Below are positions 50,157 to 59,718 of a stretch of 64,000 nt of DNA, one piece after another. The stretch covers positions 736,001 through 800,000 of the forward strand of contig CAWJWJ010000002.1 of NCBI GenBank assembly GCA_963846575.1. Direction: 5' to 3'. Source of the stretch: an uncultured Nitrospiraceae bacterium (GTDB taxonomy: Bacteria > Nitrospirota > Nitrospiria > Nitrospirales > Nitrospiraceae). The position numbers and the translations under genes are program-made. Each line of letters begins with the position of its first letter. Positions within the stretch are counted from its first letter, which is position 1. Below the pieces are notes generated by a model. That model was not told the DNA's origin, made no database searches, and saw only the letters and a program-made list of their open reading frames with translations.

Positions 50157-50945
50157 ATGAAAATTCGCGTGCTGGGCTGTCACGGGTCGGGGCAAATGAT
50201 TCCGGGGGACAATGGTCCGATTCAGTGCAGCACCTGCGGGTTCCTGGTCAATGAACAAGTGCTGGTCGATGCCGGTACGATTGGGTCTCGGTTATACCTC
50301 GAAGAGCAGCGGCGCATTCGGGTGGTCTTGCTCACCCACCTGCATTTCGATCATATTCGCGAGTTGCCGACGCTGGCTGACAACCTGATCGGAGAGATCG
50401 ATGAACCGGTCATCATTGCCGCCATTCCCGAGGTATTAAACGGGTTGCGCCGGCATATTTTTAATGGAGCCGTGTACCCAGACTTCTTCCGGTTACCCGA
50501 CCCCGGGCGGCCGGTCTTTGTGACTCACGAGCTTCAGCCGGGACGGGAAGATTTCTTAGGCGGACTGCGCGTGATACCGATTGCCGTCAACCACGTTGTG
50601 CCGACCGTTGGATTTCTGATCCGTGAAGGGGAACAGGCACTGGTCTATAGCGGGGATACATACAGGACGGACGCGCTCTGGCAGGCGGCAAAGGGTGTGA
50701 TCGGTCTGAAGGCGGCGTTTATTGAGGCATCCTTTCCCAACGACATGCGCGAGCTGGCGAGAGTGTCCAAACATCTGACTCCCGCATTACTGGCTGAAGA
50801 GTTTGCGAAGGTGGACAAGCCGGATCTGCCGGTCTATGCCTACCATCTGAAACCGAGGTTTCGCGAGCGCATCCGGCAGGAGCTTGGTCAATTGGATCTC
50901 CCGCATTTGAGCGCGCTAGAAGAGGGCCAAACCCTCATACTATAG
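50157..50945 (+). CDS. Class II-like cyclic-nucleotide phosphodiesterase (MBL fold)
   Basis: MKIRVLGCHG, DAGT, THLHFDH, HIFN..YPDF, SGDT, EASFPN, SKHLTP, YHLKP. Confidence 0.82.
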   Translation: MKIRVLGCHGSGQMIPGDNGPIQCSTCGFLVNEQVLVDAGTIGSRLYLEEQRRIRVVLLTHLHFDHIRELPTLADNLIGEIDEPVIIAAIPEVLNGLRRHIFNGAVYPDFFRLPDPGRPVFVTHELQPGREDFLGGLRVIPIAVNHVVPTVGFLIREGEQALVYSGDTYRTDALWQAAKGVIGLKAAFIEASFPNDMRELARVSKHLTPALLAEEFAKVDKPDLPVYAYHLKPRFRERIRQELGQLDLPHLSALEEGQTLIL

Positions 50946-50955
50946 GTGATCCGAG

Positions 50956-51792
50956 ATGGCATGGTTTAAAAAAGGAAAGACCGAGGAGGCAGAGCCCCCC
51001 AAACGTTCGAAGGTCGCGGAAGGGATGTGGCTGAAGTGCAATCACTGTCGGGAGATCGTCTACCGCAAGGAAGTGGACCGCAATAACAAGGTCTGCCCGA
51101 AGTGTGACTATCACTTCCCTATCTCAGTCATCGAACGCATCACGTTGTTGGTCGATCTTGGAACTTTCAAGGAGTGGGATGCAGAGCTCATGCCGCAGGA
51201 TCCCCTGCAGTTTCAGGACACTCGCTCCTATAAGGATCGGATCAAGGCGCAACAGGAGAAGACCGGTAGGAAGGACGCCATGGTCATCGGCCAGGGGGCG
51301 ATCAATGGTCGCAAGGTGGCGCTGTGCGTGTTCGACTTTGGATTCATGGGCGGGAGCATGGGCTCGGTGGTCGGCGAAAAAATTTGCCGCGCGGTCGATC
51401 GCGCCTTGGAGGGGCGGTTGCCGTTGATTCTCGTGACGGCTTCGGGCGGCGCCCGCATGCAGGAGGGCATTCTCTCATTGATGCAGATGGCGAAAACCGC
51501 GGCGGCAGTGGCGAAGCTGGGGGAGGCCAGGTTGCCTTTCCTGTCAATTTTGGCAGATCCCACCTTCGGCGGGGTGACGGCGAGCATCGCCATGCTGGGA
51601 GATGTGATTATCGCTGAGCCGAAGGCGTTGATCGGATTTGCGGGCCCGCGCGTCATCGAGCAGACCATCAAGCAGCAGCTCCCTGATCAGTTTCAGCGCG
51701 CCGAGTTTTTGCTCGATCATGGGATGATCGACATGATCGTCGAACGAAAGCAATTGAAAGAGGCGGTCAGCACGTTGGTTGGTCATTTCTAG
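50956..51792 (+). CDS. accD: Acetyl-CoA carboxylase carboxyltransferase beta subunit
   Basis: [38 protein letters not shown]. Confidence 0.98.
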   Translation: MAWFKKGKTEEAEPPKRSKVAEGMWLKCNHCREIVYRKEVDRNNKVCPKCDYHFPISVIERITLLVDLGTFKEWDAELMPQDPLQFQDTRSYKDRIKAQQEKTGRKDAMVIGQGAINGRKVALCVFDFGFMGGSMGSVVGEKICRAVDRALEGRLPLILVTASGGARMQEGILSLMQMAKTAAAVAKLGEARLPFLSILADPTFGGVTASIAMLGDVIIAEPKALIGFAGPRVIEQTIKQQLPDQFQRAEFLLDHGMIDMIVERKQLKEAVSTLVGHF

Positions 51793-51820
51793 GTCCAATG
51801 CCCTTCCCCGGATTGCCACG

Positions 51821-53116
51821 ATGACGTATTCCGAGACGGTGCAGTTTCTCTTCGGCCTGCAGCAGCACGGTATCAAACTGGGGTTGGAGACGATCCGCGC
51901 CTTACTCACCAGAGTGGGGGATCCGCAACGCCGATATCCGGTTCTCCACATCGGCGGGACAAACGGCAAGGGCTCGACTGCGGCGATGGTCGCGTCCATG
52001 CTACAGGCCGCGGGCCATCGGGTGGGCCTCTACACGTCGCCGCATCTCATCGATTTTCGTGAACGCATCAGGATTAACGGCGTGATGGTTTCCGAGGAGA
52101 AAGTGACCGCGCTGGTGGAAACCTTGCAGGCTGCCGCCGCTCCAGACCTTGCCCCGACTTTTTTTGAATTCACCACCGCGCTGGCCTTTCTGTACTTCTC
52201 CGAGTGCGGGGTAAATGCGGCGGTGCTCGAAGTGGGTTTGGGCGGGCGGTTTGATGCGACCAATGTGGTAGAGCCGCTGGCGACGGCCATTACGACGATA
52301 GGCTTAGACCACGAAGCCTACCTCGGTTCGACGTTAGAGGCGATTGCCGGCGAAAAGGCCGGGATCGTCAAGGGTGCGGTGCCTTTGGTGATGGGTCGCA
52401 TCGACCAGCCGGCTCGGGGAGTGATCGAAGAACGGGCTTCGGCAGCGGCAGCCGCTGTCTACGCGCTGAATCGTGACTTTCGCTGCAGCGGATCCTCTAC
52501 GGCTGACTGCCATTATGCGGGGATGATGGTGCAGTATGACCATTTGTGCTGTTCGCTGCCGGGACAATTCCAATTGGACAACCTCGCCTGCGCCCTCGCG
52601 TTGATCGAGCTGGCGCAAGCGCGAGGTTTGGCGATGTCGGAGGCAGCGGTTCGAGCCGGGCTTCAGCATGTTGCCTGGGAAGGCCGGATGGAAATGGTCG
52701 GAGAGGCTCCCGCCGTCCTCGTGGATGGCGCGCACAACCCCGCGGCAGCCTCCGTCCTGGCCGAATATCTCAGTGCCTGGCGGCATGAGAGACCGGCGGC
52801 GCGGATACACCTGGTCCTCGGTATGATGCGGGACAAACGGCCCCGTGAGTTTCTCGTTCCATTGCTGCCTCTGATCGACAGCGTGATCCTGACGCAAGCA
52901 GATTTGCCGAGAGCGTCCTCCGGCTCGGATCTGCGTGCCCTGTTGCAGGACTGTGCGCCGGCTGCTTCTGTGGCCGCCACGCCGGCCGATGCGTTGGCCT
53001 GCGCAAAACGCTCAGCCGCCCCTATCGACCTCATTTGCGTCACCGGCTCATTGATGCTGGTCGGCGAAATCAAGGCTCTCCTTCGAGGGTGCTCCCTCTC
53101 ACCTATTCGTGGTTGA
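51821..53116 (+). CDS. folC: Folylpolyglutamate/dihydrofolate synthase
   Basis: GTNGKGST, YTSPHL..RERI, EVGLGGRFDATN, DGAHNP. Confidence 0.97.
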   Translation: MTYSETVQFLFGLQQHGIKLGLETIRALLTRVGDPQRRYPVLHIGGTNGKGSTAAMVASMLQAAGHRVGLYTSPHLIDFRERIRINGVMVSEEKVTALVETLQAAAAPDLAPTFFEFTTALAFLYFSECGVNAAVLEVGLGGRFDATNVVEPLATAITTIGLDHEAYLGSTLEAIAGEKAGIVKGAVPLVMGRIDQPARGVIEERASAAAAAVYALNRDFRCSGSSTADCHYAGMMVQYDHLCCSLPGQFQLDNLACALALIELAQARGLAMSEAAVRAGLQHVAWEGRMEMVGEAPAVLVDGAHNPAAASVLAEYLSAWRHERPAARIHLVLGMMRDKRPREFLVPLLPLIDSVILTQADLPRASSGSDLRALLQDCAPAASVAATPADALACAKRSAAPIDLICVTGSLMLVGEIKALLRGCSLSPIRG

Positions 53117-53117
53117 G

Positions 53118-55601
53118 ATGGGGCCAGACCGCTACTCGACGTCGGAAACCTGTCGGGACATCGTTCGCCAGACATTAGTTCTTGTTTGCCCGGCCCTCTT
53201 CTTCCTCGCATGGCTCAGTGGAGTTGCCTGGGCACAATCGACGGTCACCACGCCATCGCCGACGAATCAACCGCTCACGATCACCGCCGAGCGGATCGAT
53301 CAGCTTCAGGAGCAAGATGTTTACGAGGCGGATGGGTCTGTGGTGGTCACGCAGGGTCCGCTTCGTCTCACTGCCGATCATGTGACGATTAATGCGTTGC
53401 CGGGTACGCTGGTGGCGACCGGGCATGTCCACCTCAAGGATCCCAATTCAGAATTGAGCTCGGAGCGTCTGGAGTTGAATGTGAACACCGAGGCGGGGAT
53501 CGTTACGCATGGAACAATGTATCTTCGGGCGAGTAATTCGTTTTTCACAGGACGGATCATCAGGCGTTTATCCGAAGATCATTACCGGATCAAGGACGGG
53601 ACCTTCACCAACTGCGACGCCAAGGACGGCGAGATCCCGGACTGGCGGTTCAAATTCCAGGATCTCGACGTGAATACGGGCGAGAGCATCGGGATGAAGC
53701 GGGCATGGCTCTGCATGCGCGACACGCCGATTATTCCGGTGCCCACTTTGACCTACCCGCTCGACATGCGTCATAGCGGGTTTCTCATCCCCACCCCCAG
53801 CTATGACAACCGGTTCGGTCTCGGTTACCAACAGGGTTATTTCTGGGCGATCAATCCAAGCCAGGATCTGACGATTTCACCCTCGTACCATTCGAATCTC
53901 GGTTATGGGAGCGATTTCCTGTATCGCTATTATCTAGATCGGCGCTCGCGGGGCCAGTGGTTTGCAAGTTTTCTTCAGCAGACGCAATTGCCGAACGTCT
54001 CTGGGGTGGATCAGACCAGTACGGACGATCGGCGCCTGCGAGGCTTGATCAGCGGTCAGCATGTGCAGCAGGTGACGGATACCCTCTTAATCCGAGGGCA
54101 GGTCTCCGTCGTGTCGGATCGGCAATACCTGCAACAATTGAGCAATTCCGGGACGCAACGGGCATCGCCGAGCGGCGCATCGACCCTACTGGCAACGCAG
54201 CGGCTGCCCTATGGAAGTGCGTATTTTCTGGGTCAGTATCTCCAACCCTTGAACTCCGGTGGTCCCGACACCTTCCAACGGTTTCCAGAGGTCGGGTACG
54301 TGCTGCCCAATACCTCTCCCTTCGGACTGCCGTTGTTGCTGAATGTAGACAGCAACTTCGTGAATTTTTATCGTGAACAGGGTTTCACGGTGAACCGTAT
54401 GGATTTCAGTCCCGGGATTACCACGGAGGTGGTGGACATCGGCCATGTGATCGGGATCACCCCGCACTTTAAGTTCAAGGAGCTGTACTACACCCGCGGT
54501 ATCACGGAAACCAATCCGCTGCATCGAGAGACCTTTTGGGGCGCCGTCGACGCGACATCGAAACTGGCCCGTCGGTATAACGGGAGCGAAGGCGGAAGTC
54601 TTCTGCATACCATTGAGCCGAGCGTGATCTATGAATATGTGCCGGGGACCGACCAATCCAACATCGCGCAGATCGATCAGGTGGACGATATCCCCAAGAA
54701 GAACTTGTTGACCTATTCGCTCCGGACCAAATTCCTGGAACAGCAGCTGAACGGGCAGACCTTCAACTGGCTGGATCTGACCGTGGCGCAGAGTTATCAT
54801 CTCGGCGCGGTGCAGACGCGGGCACGGGACTTCACCCCCGGTGTGTTGCCATTTTTCGGGTCGCTGACGCAGCCGTTGCAGCCCGCGACGGTGGAGATAC
54901 AAGGGCGGAAAATGTCCGACATTTGGATCAGGGGCGTCATCGGAAACACAGCGCCGGAATTTTTCCGACCTCCCAATCTCAGCGATACGCTCGGACAAAA
55001 CGTGATCGGCGGACAGATCCTGCCGCCCACCAATTCCTACGTCACTGTGGATGCGTTCCTGGATCCCTACCGTGGAACATTCAGCCAATGGAATACCGAC
55101 CTTCGGGTGCAACAATCCAATTATTGGTATGCTGAGATAGGGCAGCGATATAGCCGCGATGGTAACCGCGTCAGACGCGGCGACATTTGGAATCCCATCT
55201 CCTTTAATGAAGTGTATGCTCCCACAAATGAAATTCAGTTCGTCACTGCGGGCGGAGGATTTCGAACGCCCTGGGGTTGGACCTTCGGCGCCAAAGGCTA
55301 CTACGATGTAAAAGGCGGGCGGAGTCCTGAATGGGATGTGGTGGCGCTTTACCAGAACCCTTGCAAGTGCTGGTCGCTTGGGTTGTATTATCTGCAGTTC
55401 CCGGATCGTCAAAGTTACTCTTTCATGCTGAGTATGACGGGTATCGGATGGACTGAGAACTTCGGCACGATTGTCGCCCGGACGGTGCTGGGTCCTTTGC
55501 TGGTCGGGGATCGTGGGTTGCCGTGGGCCGCGCCTGGTGGGCCCTATGGCCGATCTCAGAACCCTCTTCCTCTACAGTCGATGCCGATGGGTCGATACTG
55601 A
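53118..55601 (+). CDS. lptD: LPS-assembly protein LptD
   Basis: Signal peptide, OstA-like N-domain, FTNC..W, SGFLIP, HTIEP, beta-barrel and C-terminal CKCW. Confidence 0.88.
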   Translation: MGPDRYSTSETCRDIVRQTLVLVCPALFFLAWLSGVAWAQSTVTTPSPTNQPLTITAERIDQLQEQDVYEADGSVVVTQGPLRLTADHVTINALPGTLVATGHVHLKDPNSELSSERLELNVNTEAGIVTHGTMYLRASNSFFTGRIIRRLSEDHYRIKDGTFTNCDAKDGEIPDWRFKFQDLDVNTGESIGMKRAWLCMRDTPIIPVPTLTYPLDMRHSGFLIPTPSYDNRFGLGYQQGYFWAINPSQDLTISPSYHSNLGYGSDFLYRYYLDRRSRGQWFASFLQQTQLPNVSGVDQTSTDDRRLRGLISGQHVQQVTDTLLIRGQVSVVSDRQYLQQLSNSGTQRASPSGASTLLATQRLPYGSAYFLGQYLQPLNSGGPDTFQRFPEVGYVLPNTSPFGLPLLLNVDSNFVNFYREQGFTVNRMDFSPGITTEVVDIGHVIGITPHFKFKELYYTRGITETNPLHRETFWGAVDATSKLARRYNGSEGGSLLHTIEPSVIYEYVPGTDQSNIAQIDQVDDIPKKNLLTYSLRTKFLEQQLNGQTFNWLDLTVAQSYHLGAVQTRARDFTPGVLPFFGSLTQPLQPATVEIQGRKMSDIWIRGVIGNTAPEFFRPPNLSDTLGQNVIGGQILPPTNSYVTVDAFLDPYRGTFSQWNTDLRVQQSNYWYAEIGQRYSRDGNRVRRGDIWNPISFNEVYAPTNEIQFVTAGGGFRTPWGWTFGAKGYYDVKGGRSPEWDVVALYQNPCKCWSLGLYYLQFPDRQSYSFMLSMTGIGWTENFGTIVARTVLGPLLVGDRGLPWAAPGGPYGRSQNPLPLQSMPMGRY

Positions 55602-55677
55602 TCGCGACCGATGAACTTGAATGGGGCGGCCCCTTCTTGACACTACAGTAAGATTTGAGCAGGTGGGTGAGGCGGAA

Positions 55678-56205
55678 TTGAATACGATTCTTTTAGTAGC
55701 CGGAATGTTGGTCGGGATGATGACCCAGCTTGCCTTCCCGCTGATTGTACAGTCGGCCGAACGCCAGACCCATCTGCAACGGGCGGCAGTGTTTCTGAAG
55801 GCGGCCGACTATCGACAGGCGGTGGAGTCATGTCAGGCTGCCGTTCGAGAGTCTCCCTCGCCCCAAAGTTACGTCTACCTGACGTATGTGTATCACGCGC
55901 TCAATGGGTATCTGGAGCATCTGGCGGCCACCGACCAGTGGGTTCGCGTGGAACAGCTCTACTTGAATCTGGCCGCAGGTCGAGTGGAAGACCTCGTCGA
56001 CCCGCCGGATGTACTGGCGCGTATTGCCAAGGAACTCATTCAGCAGGCTGTGCAGCGTCAGGCTGACGTGGCGGCTGCCATGGCCGATCGACTTGACGAG
56101 GCACTCGTGAAACGTCTCTGGATGGTGCAGGCGGCATGGCGGCAAGCGCGGCCTGCCGACTGGTGGACGGGTGTTCCGCCTGAGTGGCTCTCGAATGGCT
56201 CGTGA
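55678..56205 (+). CDS. Exported hypothetical protein with a TPR-like N-terminus
   Basis: Signal-like segment then a helical region. Start uncertain (55621 or 55678). Confidence 0.65.
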   Translation: MNTILLVAGMLVGMMTQLAFPLIVQSAERQTHLQRAAVFLKAADYRQAVESCQAAVRESPSPQSYVYLTYVYHALNGYLEHLAATDQWVRVEQLYLNLAAGRVEDLVDPPDVLARIAKELIQQAVQRQADVAAAMADRLDEALVKRLWMVQAAWRQARPADWWTGVPPEWLSNGS

Positions 56206-56304
56206 TTTGACTCTCCGCGAAACCCTGTTATAGGATGACCGAACGATCCCGGTACGGATCAAGATTTGTATCATGCGTGTGAATTGCGAGAAGGAGGGGG
56301 CACT

Positions 56305-56652
56305 GTGGCAGGCGATGCATTGAAAGCGACTGATGCGACATGGGACGAGGATGTCATGAAGGCATCCGAATTAGTCATGGTAGATTTTTGGGCAGTTTGG
56401 TGCGGGCCCTGCCAGATGGTTGCTCCCATTGTCGATGAATTGGCGACGGAATATGCAGGTAAGATCAAGGTCCGTAAACTCAATACCGATGAGAATCCAG
56501 AAATCGCCGGCCGTTACCAAGTGATGAGCATTCCCACCATTCTGTTCTTCAAGAATGGTCAAGCGGTCGAGCGATTGGTGGGCGCCAGGCCGAAGCGCCA
56601 GTTTAAAGAAATCATCGATTCACTCCTGACTCAACATTCTGGCGCTGCCTAG
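56305..56652 (+). CDS. trxA: Thioredoxin
   Basis: DFWAVWCGPC and SIPT; GTG start with AAGGAGG RBS. Confidence 0.96.
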   Translation: MAGDALKATDATWDEDVMKASELVMVDFWAVWCGPCQMVAPIVDELATEYAGKIKVRKLNTDENPEIAGRYQVMSIPTILFFKNGQAVERLVGARPKRQFKEIIDSLLTQHSGAA

Positions 56653-56670
56653 CGTCCGACTCTCAGCGGC

Positions 56671-58368
56671 ATGCTGACCGAGCTGCGAATCTCGAATTTC
56701 GGCGTGATCGAGCAGCTGGCTGTACGCTTTGGCTCCGGTTTTATCGTCTTTACCGGTGAAACCGGAGCCGGCAAATCACTTCTTATTGATGCGGTCACGC
56801 TTTTAGTGGGAGGCCGCGCGTCTACCGATCATATCCGCGCCCAGGCCGAAGAAGCCGAGCTTGAAGCGGCCTTCGTTTTATCGGTCGGGCATCCTCTCCT
56901 TAATACCCTCCGGGCCCAGGGATTCTCCCGTCCTGGCGAGTCTGAAATTCTCATCCGCCGGGTCATCTCCCGTACGGGCCGAAATCGCACGTACCTGAAT
57001 GGCAGCTTTTGCCCGGTCCACCTTCTGGAGGAATTAGGGGGGGCATTGGTTGATGTCCACGGCCAACATGAGCAACAGTCGCTGCTGTCGTCATCCGCTC
57101 AGTTAGAGTCGCTGGACAGCTTTGGACGGCTGCAGTCGCTTCGGCGGGACTACCACACCGCCTACAAGACCTGGCGGGAGCGGATGGCCGAACTTGAGGC
57201 CGTCACCGCGCAGATTAACCAGCGTCGAGAACGGGAAGATTTATTACGGTTCCAGTTTCAGGAGATTGCGGAGGTCGGTGTGGATGCAGGGGAAGTGGCC
57301 CGGCTTGAACAGGAACGCCCGCGTCTCATGCACGGGCAGCAGCTGGGTGAACTTTCGGAGGAACTGCATGAGTTGCTGTATGGGGGTGATCAGGGGGTTC
57401 TAAGCCTGCTGACTTATGCTCGCAAGGTTATCTCCAAGATGGAGGCGGTCGATGTCACAACCGCCGGCTGGGGCAGCATCGTGGACGACGCCGTGATTCC
57501 CCTACGGGATTTGGCTGAACAGGTTAGGCAGTATCGTGATCGGGTGGATGCGAACCCTGAACGATTAATGGAGATCGAACAACGCCTCGACCGGCTTCAC
57601 CGTCTGACGAAGAAGTACGGCGGATCAGTGGAAGCCATGCTGGCACTGCAAGAGTCCCTGCGCGCTCAGCTCGCCCAATTAGACACCGCGGAGACGCGCC
57701 TGCATGTACTGACCCAAGCCGTGGAAGATGACGGGCGCTGTGTATATGACCTCGCCGATCGGCTTTCGCGCAAACGAATCGAAGCCGCGAAGAAGCTCAC
57801 CACTCAAGCGACTCAAGAGTTGGCCGCCTTGCGCATGGAGCGCACGCGTTTCACTGTTCAGGTGTCTCCCCTTTCCGGCGAGGTGGGATGCGGGCAGACA
57901 GGGCGGGACGCTGTGGAATTTCTGTTTTCGGCAAATCCTGGTGAGCCGCTCAAGCCACTGGCCCGGGTGGCTTCGGGGGGAGAATTGTCCCGGGTGATGT
58001 TGGCGCTCAAGACGATTTTGGCCGACAGTGATCAGGTGCCCGTTCTTATTTTCGATGAGGTGGACGCTGGGGTCGGCGGAGCAGTGGCCGAGGTGATGGG
58101 TGCCCGGCTTCGGGATCTTGGCCGACACCATCAAGTCTTCTGTGTGACCCATCTCCCTCAGGTGGGATCACAAGCGCATGCACACTACCTGGTCGAAAAA
58201 GAGGTTCGACAAGAACGCACGGTCACGCAAGTGCGGCTGCTGAAGCCGAAAGAGCGGGAGGCAGAGGTGGCGCGGATGCTAGCTGGGGTGACGGTGACCA
58301 AGCGCGCGCTTGCTGCAGCGGCTGAACTGATTGGAAACGTGAAGGACCGGCCGCGGCCATCGGCCTAA
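56671..58368 (+). CDS. recN: DNA repair protein RecN
   Basis: TGETGAGKS, HGQHEQQ, ASGGELSR, FDEVDAG, VTHLPQV. Confidence 0.98.
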   Translation: MLTELRISNFGVIEQLAVRFGSGFIVFTGETGAGKSLLIDAVTLLVGGRASTDHIRAQAEEAELEAAFVLSVGHPLLNTLRAQGFSRPGESEILIRRVISRTGRNRTYLNGSFCPVHLLEELGGALVDVHGQHEQQSLLSSSAQLESLDSFGRLQSLRRDYHTAYKTWRERMAELEAVTAQINQRREREDLLRFQFQEIAEVGVDAGEVARLEQERPRLMHGQQLGELSEELHELLYGGDQGVLSLLTYARKVISKMEAVDVTTAGWGSIVDDAVIPLRDLAEQVRQYRDRVDANPERLMEIEQRLDRLHRLTKKYGGSVEAMLALQESLRAQLAQLDTAETRLHVLTQAVEDDGRCVYDLADRLSRKRIEAAKKLTTQATQELAALRMERTRFTVQVSPLSGEVGCGQTGRDAVEFLFSANPGEPLKPLARVASGGELSRVMLALKTILADSDQVPVLIFDEVDAGVGGAVAEVMGARLRDLGRHHQVFCVTHLPQVGSQAHAHYLVEKEVRQERTVTQVRLLKPKEREAEVARMLAGVTVTKRALAAAAELIGNVKDRPRPSA

Positions 58369-59507
58369 TCGTTAGGCGATGTTTTGGCAATCGCGAGGGC
58401 AGGCAAGGAGGATTTGCATTCCCGCACGACCCGCGAGAACAGTTCCGTCAGTTTGGGGTCAAAGCTGGCATCCGCCTGGAGCGCAATCTGGTGAACGGCA
58501 TCATCGATGGACAAAGGAACGTGCCCGGGCATGTCGACGGTGAGATTGTCGAAGGCCTGTGCGATGGCAACGATGCGCGCCAGCAGCGGGATGCCGGCCC
58601 CCTGCAGTCCATGGGGATTGCCCACACCGTCAAAACGTTCATGGTGATAGGCTACAATTTGCCCCACCTCGGCTTGGAAGCCCAGCGGTAAGAGCATGCG
58701 CGCGCCGGCCTCAGAATACTCCCTGCCGTACGCGCTATTTCCGACGCAATCGTCTTCATTCGCGGAGTACTTGTAATTGAACAGGCTGACTTTCCCGATG
58801 TCGTGGAGAAACGCTCCGAGGGCCAGCGCTTTCTGCTCGGGGAGGGGGAGAGTCATCTGGTTGGCGAGGAGCGACGCATAAAAACTGACTCGGCTGCAAT
58901 GATTCAATAATTGACGATCCTTGGCTTCAAGAAGGTCGGATAACAATGGGATCAAAGCGGTTACGTCGACTATCCCCCTGGCTACCTCGGGAGAAGACTT
59001 GCCGATGGCAAAATATTGTGATTGAAGGTCTTTCCAGGCTTGTGCCGCTTCGTGTTCGGTACCCCACAGGGCCGTCGAATTTTTAAGGAAGGACCGTAAA
59101 TAGTCCAGGCGCTGTTTTTTCTCCAGCGTTTGATTTATCAGCGTGATGAGCTCGGTGACATTGAACGGCTTGAGCAAGTATCCAGCGGCTCCGAACCGAA
59201 TCCCTTCCATGGCCGATTTCAAGCTGCCATAGCCGGTAATGATGATGACTTCAATGTCTGCGTAGTCCTGCTTAATGTCTTGCAGAAGATCGATTCCCTG
59301 ACGGTCGGGTAATTTTTGATCGAGTGTGATGAGATCGATGCGCCGCTCTTTCAGGACTTGCAGAGCGGATTTGGCATTGTCGGCTGAGTGGATTGTGAAA
59401 AAGGGTCGAAGAATAACCTTGAGAGCGTCTCGGGGACCTGTTTCGTCATCGACGACGAGCACAGACGGTTTCTCGCTTGCATGTTCGGCTTCGGTGTGAT
59501 TCCCCAT
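58365..59507 (-). CDS. Response regulator with degenerate HD-GYP domain (RpfG-like)
   Basis: REC (VVDDE, ITLDQ, LLKP) plus LHDIGK and HHERFDGVGNP. Confidence 0.9.
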   Translation of the reverse strand: MGNHTEAEHASEKPSVLVVDDETGPRDALKVILRPFFTIHSADNAKSALQVLKERRIDLITLDQKLPDRQGIDLLQDIKQDYADIEVIIITGYGSLKSAMEGIRFGAAGYLLKPFNVTELITLINQTLEKKQRLDYLRSFLKNSTALWGTEHEAAQAWKDLQSQYFAIGKSSPEVARGIVDVTALIPLLSDLLEAKDRQLLNHCSRVSFYASLLANQMTLPLPEQKALALGAFLHDIGKVSLFNYKYSANEDDCVGNSAYGREYSEAGARMLLPLGFQAEVGQIVAYHHERFDGVGNPHGLQGAGIPLLARIVAIAQAFDNLTVDMPGHVPLSIDDAVHQIALQADASFDPKLTELFSRVVRECKSSLPALAIAKTSPND

Positions 59508-59554
59508 TCAGACCGCTCCTCCTCGGGTGCAGTGCAACCTCAGGGTAAATGAAC

Positions 59555-59570
59555 CGCAAGATACATACCG
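59555..59570 (-). promoter_or_regulatory. Putative sigma54 (-24/-12) promoter of the HD-GYP regulator
   Basis: Minus strand CGGTATGTATCTTGCG gives GG-N10-GC with TTGC, about 50 nt upstream of the ATG. Confidence 0.65.
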
Positions 59571-59718
59571 GCCATGTCCCCACCTTTTACGGCCAATATA
59601 TAGCAGGTCCACATCATTCCAGCCACAAGATATTTCGAGATTGCCCCTGGTTTGGTTTCCGGTGCTCACCCTGTGAACGAAATGAGACAGTGGTCAGGCC
59701 ATTCCCATCTCATCTGTG

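Noticed and set aside
54186..55412. 408-aa antisense ORF within lptD (similarly 27326-28393 within tldD)
   Set aside because: Shadow ORFs expected in GC-rich coding DNA, with no motifs.
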